In this document: one piece after another, positions 7,891-11,025 of the stretch
Layout: each line of letters begins with the position of its first letter
Numbering within the stretch: the stretch's first letter is position 1
Assembly (NCBI GenBank): GCA_036479435.1
Contig: JAZGFI010000002.1
Span: forward strand, 1-11,025
DNA: 11,025 nt
Direction of reading: 5' to 3'
Origin: Planctomycetota bacterium
GTDB taxonomy: Bacteria > Planctomycetota > GCA-002687715 > DRQF01
Program-made: the position numbers and the translations under genes
Notes under the pieces: model-generated
What the model saw: only the letters and a program-made list of their open reading frames with translations
What the model was told of the DNA's origin: nothing
The model's database searches: none

Positions 7891-8030
7891 GCGAGACCAA
7901 GGCCGATTGACCCGCATCTCCCCCCGCCTAGATCAAAACACGGCGATTTTTCCTATTATCTAAAGCGGCAACCGTATTAGCGGCGATGGAGTCGACACGG
8001 CGGATTGCCCGCCGTTATTGAGGTTCGACT

Positions 8031-9143
8031 ATGCAGCGCTCTCGCACCGCCCTCTTCGTCCTGATCGCCCTGGCGATTGTGCCCGTCATTTTTGTGGCCT
8101 GTGGTTCCACAAAGAAGAGAAATCCGCAGCCGGTCTACGAAGACCCGGGTTACGAGGAGCCCCGGCCACGGGGCAACCGCCAGCCAATTCCGCGCCAAGG
8201 TCCAAGAAATCTCAGGCAACGCCGCCTGGCCGAACTCGAAAACCTCGACCGCCAGGGTTGGCTTGACCGCGACACCTACGAGCTCGGTGCACAACTCATC
8301 GGATCGAGAGCCAAAGACCTGCGCCCCTACGACCGCGACTTGCGGGCCGTCTTTGTGGCCCTGACCGATGGGCAACTACATCCGCGCGACTTGACGCGGG
8401 AATTGGATCGCGTCGATCAGGCCTACCGGCCACGCGATCGCCGACCGCGCGTGCCGGTTGTTGATGATCCCAGACCAAATCGCACCCATCCCAATTCAAA
8501 TCGCAATCCCAATCCAAATCGTGGCCGACCCCATGCCCGCGGCCCCGGTGCCAAAAAGCCAAAAGCAACGAGACCGCCTCGCGGCAAGCCCGGCCGAAAG
8601 CCCAATGCCAAGCAAGGCCGGGGTCAGTTCATTGCGGACTTAGCGCGTTTGCGCCAGCGCGGCGACATCACGCCGGAACAGTTTAGAGAAGGCCGGGAAC
8701 TGTCCCTCAAGACTCCCGCCTCACGCACGGCGCAGGAGAATCGGCGCTACGCCCTCTACCGCGCGGTCGCCGCCGGCAACTTGCCGCCAGCGCGCCTCGG
8801 GGGCGGCAACCGCCCCCGACCCGTTGATCGATCCAACCCCAGCGGGCGACGTCCTCCCAAGCAAAAGCCCACTGCGAGGCCAAAACCGCAAAAAAATACG
8901 CCGCCAAGAAAACCCGGGGTGGCGAGTTTGACCCCCAAGCAACGGGTATCCCAGCTCGATGCGCTCTACCGGGACGGGTCGCTGAAGAAAAAGCACTACC
9001 GGCATGGGAGAAATCTGCTGGCTCGGTCGGAGGCCAACATGCAGCTGTATGAGCGCACCTTAAGAGCGGTGTACGTTGACCTTGCGGAAGGTCGACTGGC
9101 TCCCGGAGACTTGGTCGCCGCCATCGACGCAGCGCTGAAATAG
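8031..9143 (+). CDS. Putative lipoprotein with three SHOCT-like helical repeats and Pro/Arg/Lys-rich linkers, 370 aa
   Basis: GAGGT RBS at 8020-8024. Basic N-terminus, hydrophobic stretch and lipobox-like FVA|C (Cys24). Three internal repeats at about aa 64-130, 199-256 and 304-370. Confidence 0.8.
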   Translation: MQRSRTALFVLIALAIVPVIFVACGSTKKRNPQPVYEDPGYEEPRPRGNRQPIPRQGPRNLRQRRLAELENLDRQGWLDRDTYELGAQLIGSRAKDLRPYDRDLRAVFVALTDGQLHPRDLTRELDRVDQAYRPRDRRPRVPVVDDPRPNRTHPNSNRNPNPNRGRPHARGPGAKKPKATRPPRGKPGRKPNAKQGRGQFIADLARLRQRGDITPEQFREGRELSLKTPASRTAQENRRYALYRAVAAGNLPPARLGGGNRPRPVDRSNPSGRRPPKQKPTARPKPQKNTPPRKPGVASLTPKQRVSQLDALYRDGSLKKKHYRHGRNLLARSEANMQLYERTLRAVYVDLAEGRLAPGDLVAAIDAALK

Positions 9144-9194
9144 CCTCCTTAGGGTCGATCCAACTCCGGCAAGCTCCGCCAAGTTCCCCACGAC

Positions 9195-9235
9195 GCCCCC
9201 TCCCCGATCGCAACGATCGAGGAGGGGGCTTTTCT
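9195..9235 (+). terminator. Intrinsic terminator after the lipoprotein gene
   Basis: GCCCCCTCC-C-CGATCG / CAA loop / CGATCG-A-GGAGGGGGC: 15 bp with one mismatch, followed by TTTTCT. Confidence 0.82.
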
Positions 9236-9329
9236 AGGGTGCGACCACAAAGCCTTCGCAAACGGGGCGGTGGCGGCTACGATGCCCGCCCTGTCGCCGC
9301 CGATAACTCCCAATCTGATGAGGTCTTTC

Positions 9330-10502
9330 ATGCTTCGTGCCCTCATGCTCTTTTTGATCTTTGCCTTCGCCACCCTGCCCACCGCCAAAGCCCAGCAAAT
9401 GGAAATGAACAGCCCCGGCGGAAGCCTCACCAGCAATGGCTTAAATCCCACTCCCGGAACCCCCTTTTCGGTGGTGCAAGACGGCAGCCTCAATTTCGAA
9501 ATCACGGGTGACCCGAGTGTGCCCTACATTTTGGTCGGCGGATTGTTGTCGCCTTTTTCAGCCTTTGTACCGGCGCTCAACAACCAGTTTTTCGACATCG
9601 AACTCGCGACAGCCTTCGTTTTCGGCGACGGCATCAACGGTAGTGCCGGATTCTTGCCCGCCACTTTCTTCAGCACGAATTCAGCCGGAGCTTCCAACTG
9701 GTCCTTGCCGGTCAACGGTGCTTTGGTCGGCTCTAGAGTCGCCTTCCAAGGACTCGTCGTGGACCCGACCCAAGGCCCCTTCGCCCTCAACCTCACCGCC
9801 GCCGCCGACTTTGAATTCGTACCAGCCCTGACCATCGTCGGAGCGGGCTTCGACACCTTCAACTTCCCGAGCGGCAACTACGACTTCTACGGCCAAAGCT
9901 TCTCCGGCATCAGCGTTTCATCACAGGGTTGGATCCGTTTTGGCACCGACGTCTTGCTCAACGAATTCAACCCCAGCCTGCCACGCTTCCTCGACGGCAG
10001 CATCGGCGTTCCCGCTGGCACCACCGCCGCCCCATCCATCGCCGCCGCCTGGGACAACTTCGACATGAGCACGGGCACCACCGTCGTCGTTGAAACCGCC
10101 CCTGGCGTCACCGAGATCACCTGGAGTGGAGGCTCCGTCTTCGACGCCATCGTCGGCATCAGCACGCCTTTCGGCTCCTTTAGCTGCGTCATCGACAGCA
10201 CCGGACCGGGCACCGAAGTCATCCTCGACTTCAGCAACGCCACCATCACCACCAGCATTCAAAACGTCGTCGGCCTCATCTTCATCGCCGGAGCCCCCCT
10301 CGTCGGCATCAGCGACGGCGGGACCCTCAACGCCACCGTCCACGAAATCGACATCAGCAACTCCCTCCCCTTCACGCCTCCCGCGGGCCCCAGCCTCATC
10401 TACCAAAGCTTCCTCTCAGGCCTCGGCTCCTTCTTCGACCTCAACGGCCAAACCCTCACCTTCATCGACCCCACCGGCACCGGCGACTTCGAACTCCAGT
10501 AA
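9330..10502 (+). CDS. Secreted, acidic, beta-rich surface-type protein with a nidogen (NIDO)-like motif, 390 aa
   Basis: Start placed at ATG 9330 (GAGGT at 9320-9324; ATG 9318 is an alternative). Signal peptide MLRALMLFLIFAFATLPTAKA|Q. The pattern 'FNF....DFYGQSFSGISVSSQGWIRFG...IAAAWDNFD...ITW' resembles the F.FYG..Y..h.hsSNG.h.F / IA.FW.D pattern of NIDO-like domains. Codon bias is strong in this frame. Confidence 0.8.
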   Translation: MLRALMLFLIFAFATLPTAKAQQMEMNSPGGSLTSNGLNPTPGTPFSVVQDGSLNFEITGDPSVPYILVGGLLSPFSAFVPALNNQFFDIELATAFVFGDGINGSAGFLPATFFSTNSAGASNWSLPVNGALVGSRVAFQGLVVDPTQGPFALNLTAAADFEFVPALTIVGAGFDTFNFPSGNYDFYGQSFSGISVSSQGWIRFGTDVLLNEFNPSLPRFLDGSIGVPAGTTAAPSIAAAWDNFDMSTGTTVVVETAPGVTEITWSGGSVFDAIVGISTPFGSFSCVIDSTGPGTEVILDFSNATITTSIQNVVGLIFIAGAPLVGISDGGTLNATVHEIDISNSLPFTPPAGPSLIYQSFLSGLGSFFDLNGQTLTFIDPTGTGDFELQ

Positions 10503-10577
10503 CCCGCCAACCGGCACCCACATCCCAAGACTCGCATCATCAACCCGGCCCTTACGACTGCCAAAAGCCGAGACCAA

Positions 10578-10620
10578 GAACGCGCCCGCCAGAATGGGCG
10601 CGTTCGTCATTACCATTCTT
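10578..10620 (+). terminator. Probable terminator hairpin after the 9330-10502 gene
   Basis: Perfect 10-bp stem GAACGCGCCC (10578-10587) / GGGCGCGTTC (10596-10605) with an 8-nt loop. The U-tail is weak (GTCATTACCATTCTT). Confidence 0.6.
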
Positions 10621-10916
10621 TCCAAACCGCCCCGCCCCAACCTGCAACCAACACAGCTCACCAAGGCCAAGTCCTCCGCACCATCATTCCGACAACCCTC
10701 CAAATCCACCAAAACGCCTGATTCCACCCGCTCCCCCCAAACTCCGTTATCCAATCCACATATCCCGGACCATTCCTGCCGCACCCACCTCCAACTCACT
10801 CCGTCGAGTCGACTTAAGCGCCCCACCAATTCCAAGCCCCCCAAATATCTTCCCTAGCTACCCCGCTTTCCCGTACTATCCAGTTCCATCGACTTAGAGT
10901 TATACAGGCAGAATGC

Positions 10917-11025
10917 ATGGACGCGCAGTTGGCGTTGACGCGATTCCTTCGGGAAGTTCTCGCGACAAAACGAGATCGGCTTTGTGGATTTGCGTCGAAG
11001 GCAAAGACTCGTCGAAAATTCTTGT
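10917..11025 (+). CDS. Possible 5' end of a hypothetical protein (MDAQLALTRFLREVLATKRDRLCGFASKAKTRRKFL...), runs off the window
   Basis: The frame is open from ATG 10917 to the window end and gives an amphipathic-helix-like translation. A weak AGG lies at 10906-10908, and the C-skew ends just upstream. Only 36 codons are visible. Confidence 0.3.
   Translation, partial: MDAQLALTRFLREVLATKRDRLCGFASKAKTRRKFL

Noticed and set aside
7650..7917. Minus-strand ORFs 7650-7853 and 7696-7917 that resemble 3273-3569 and 3157-3453
   Set aside because: The similarity comes only from the duplicated parE segment. The silent-site pattern fits the + strand parE frame.
8490..8522. Short AATC-like tandem repeats, and ~10-bp imperfect repeats at 9161-9189
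   Set aside because: The first encodes the low-complexity linker PNSNRNPNPNR. The second is three degenerate units only. Neither has a repeat-spacer (CRISPR) structure.
10090..10857. 255-aa Ser/Pro/Thr-rich ORF on +, and 10416-10844 and 9921-10406 on -
   Set aside because: These are off-frame shadows of the real gene, kept open by the extreme C-skew that removes stop codons. They are low complexity with no recognisable motif.
7486..10895. Recurring intergenic word TCGACTT (7491, 10809, 10889), including GTCGATCGACTTGAAG versus GTCGAGTCGACTTAAG
   Set aside because: TCGA-containing words are very common throughout this sequence. The matches are short and irregularly spaced, so I cannot support a motif.

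Overview
An 11-kb bacterial window in which all supported genes lie on the + strand. It opens with a type IIA topoisomerase operon in A-then-B order: a 5'-truncated ParC/GyrA-type subunit followed by a complete ParE/GyrB-type subunit, both more topoisomerase IV-like than gyrase-like. The most striking feature is a second copy of the last 183 bp of the B-subunit gene (3352-3534) located 4,356 bp downstream (7708-7890). The copies differ at 7 positions, and 6 of these are silent. The two copies bracket a cassette with no integrase, which carries a secreted double-Kelch propeller protein (behind a Fur-box-like palindrome overlapping a sigma70-like promoter) and a secreted 7-repeat FG-GAP protein. 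After the second copy come a basic lipoprotein with three ungapped SHOCT-like repeats and a secreted protein with a NIDO-like motif. A strongly C-rich/G-poor stretch follows, and possibly the start of another gene. The two acidic secreted proteins have no lysine in their predicted mature chains and share a 'QG..T.A' module. The protein families look Planctomycetota-like to me, but that is recollection only, not a search result.
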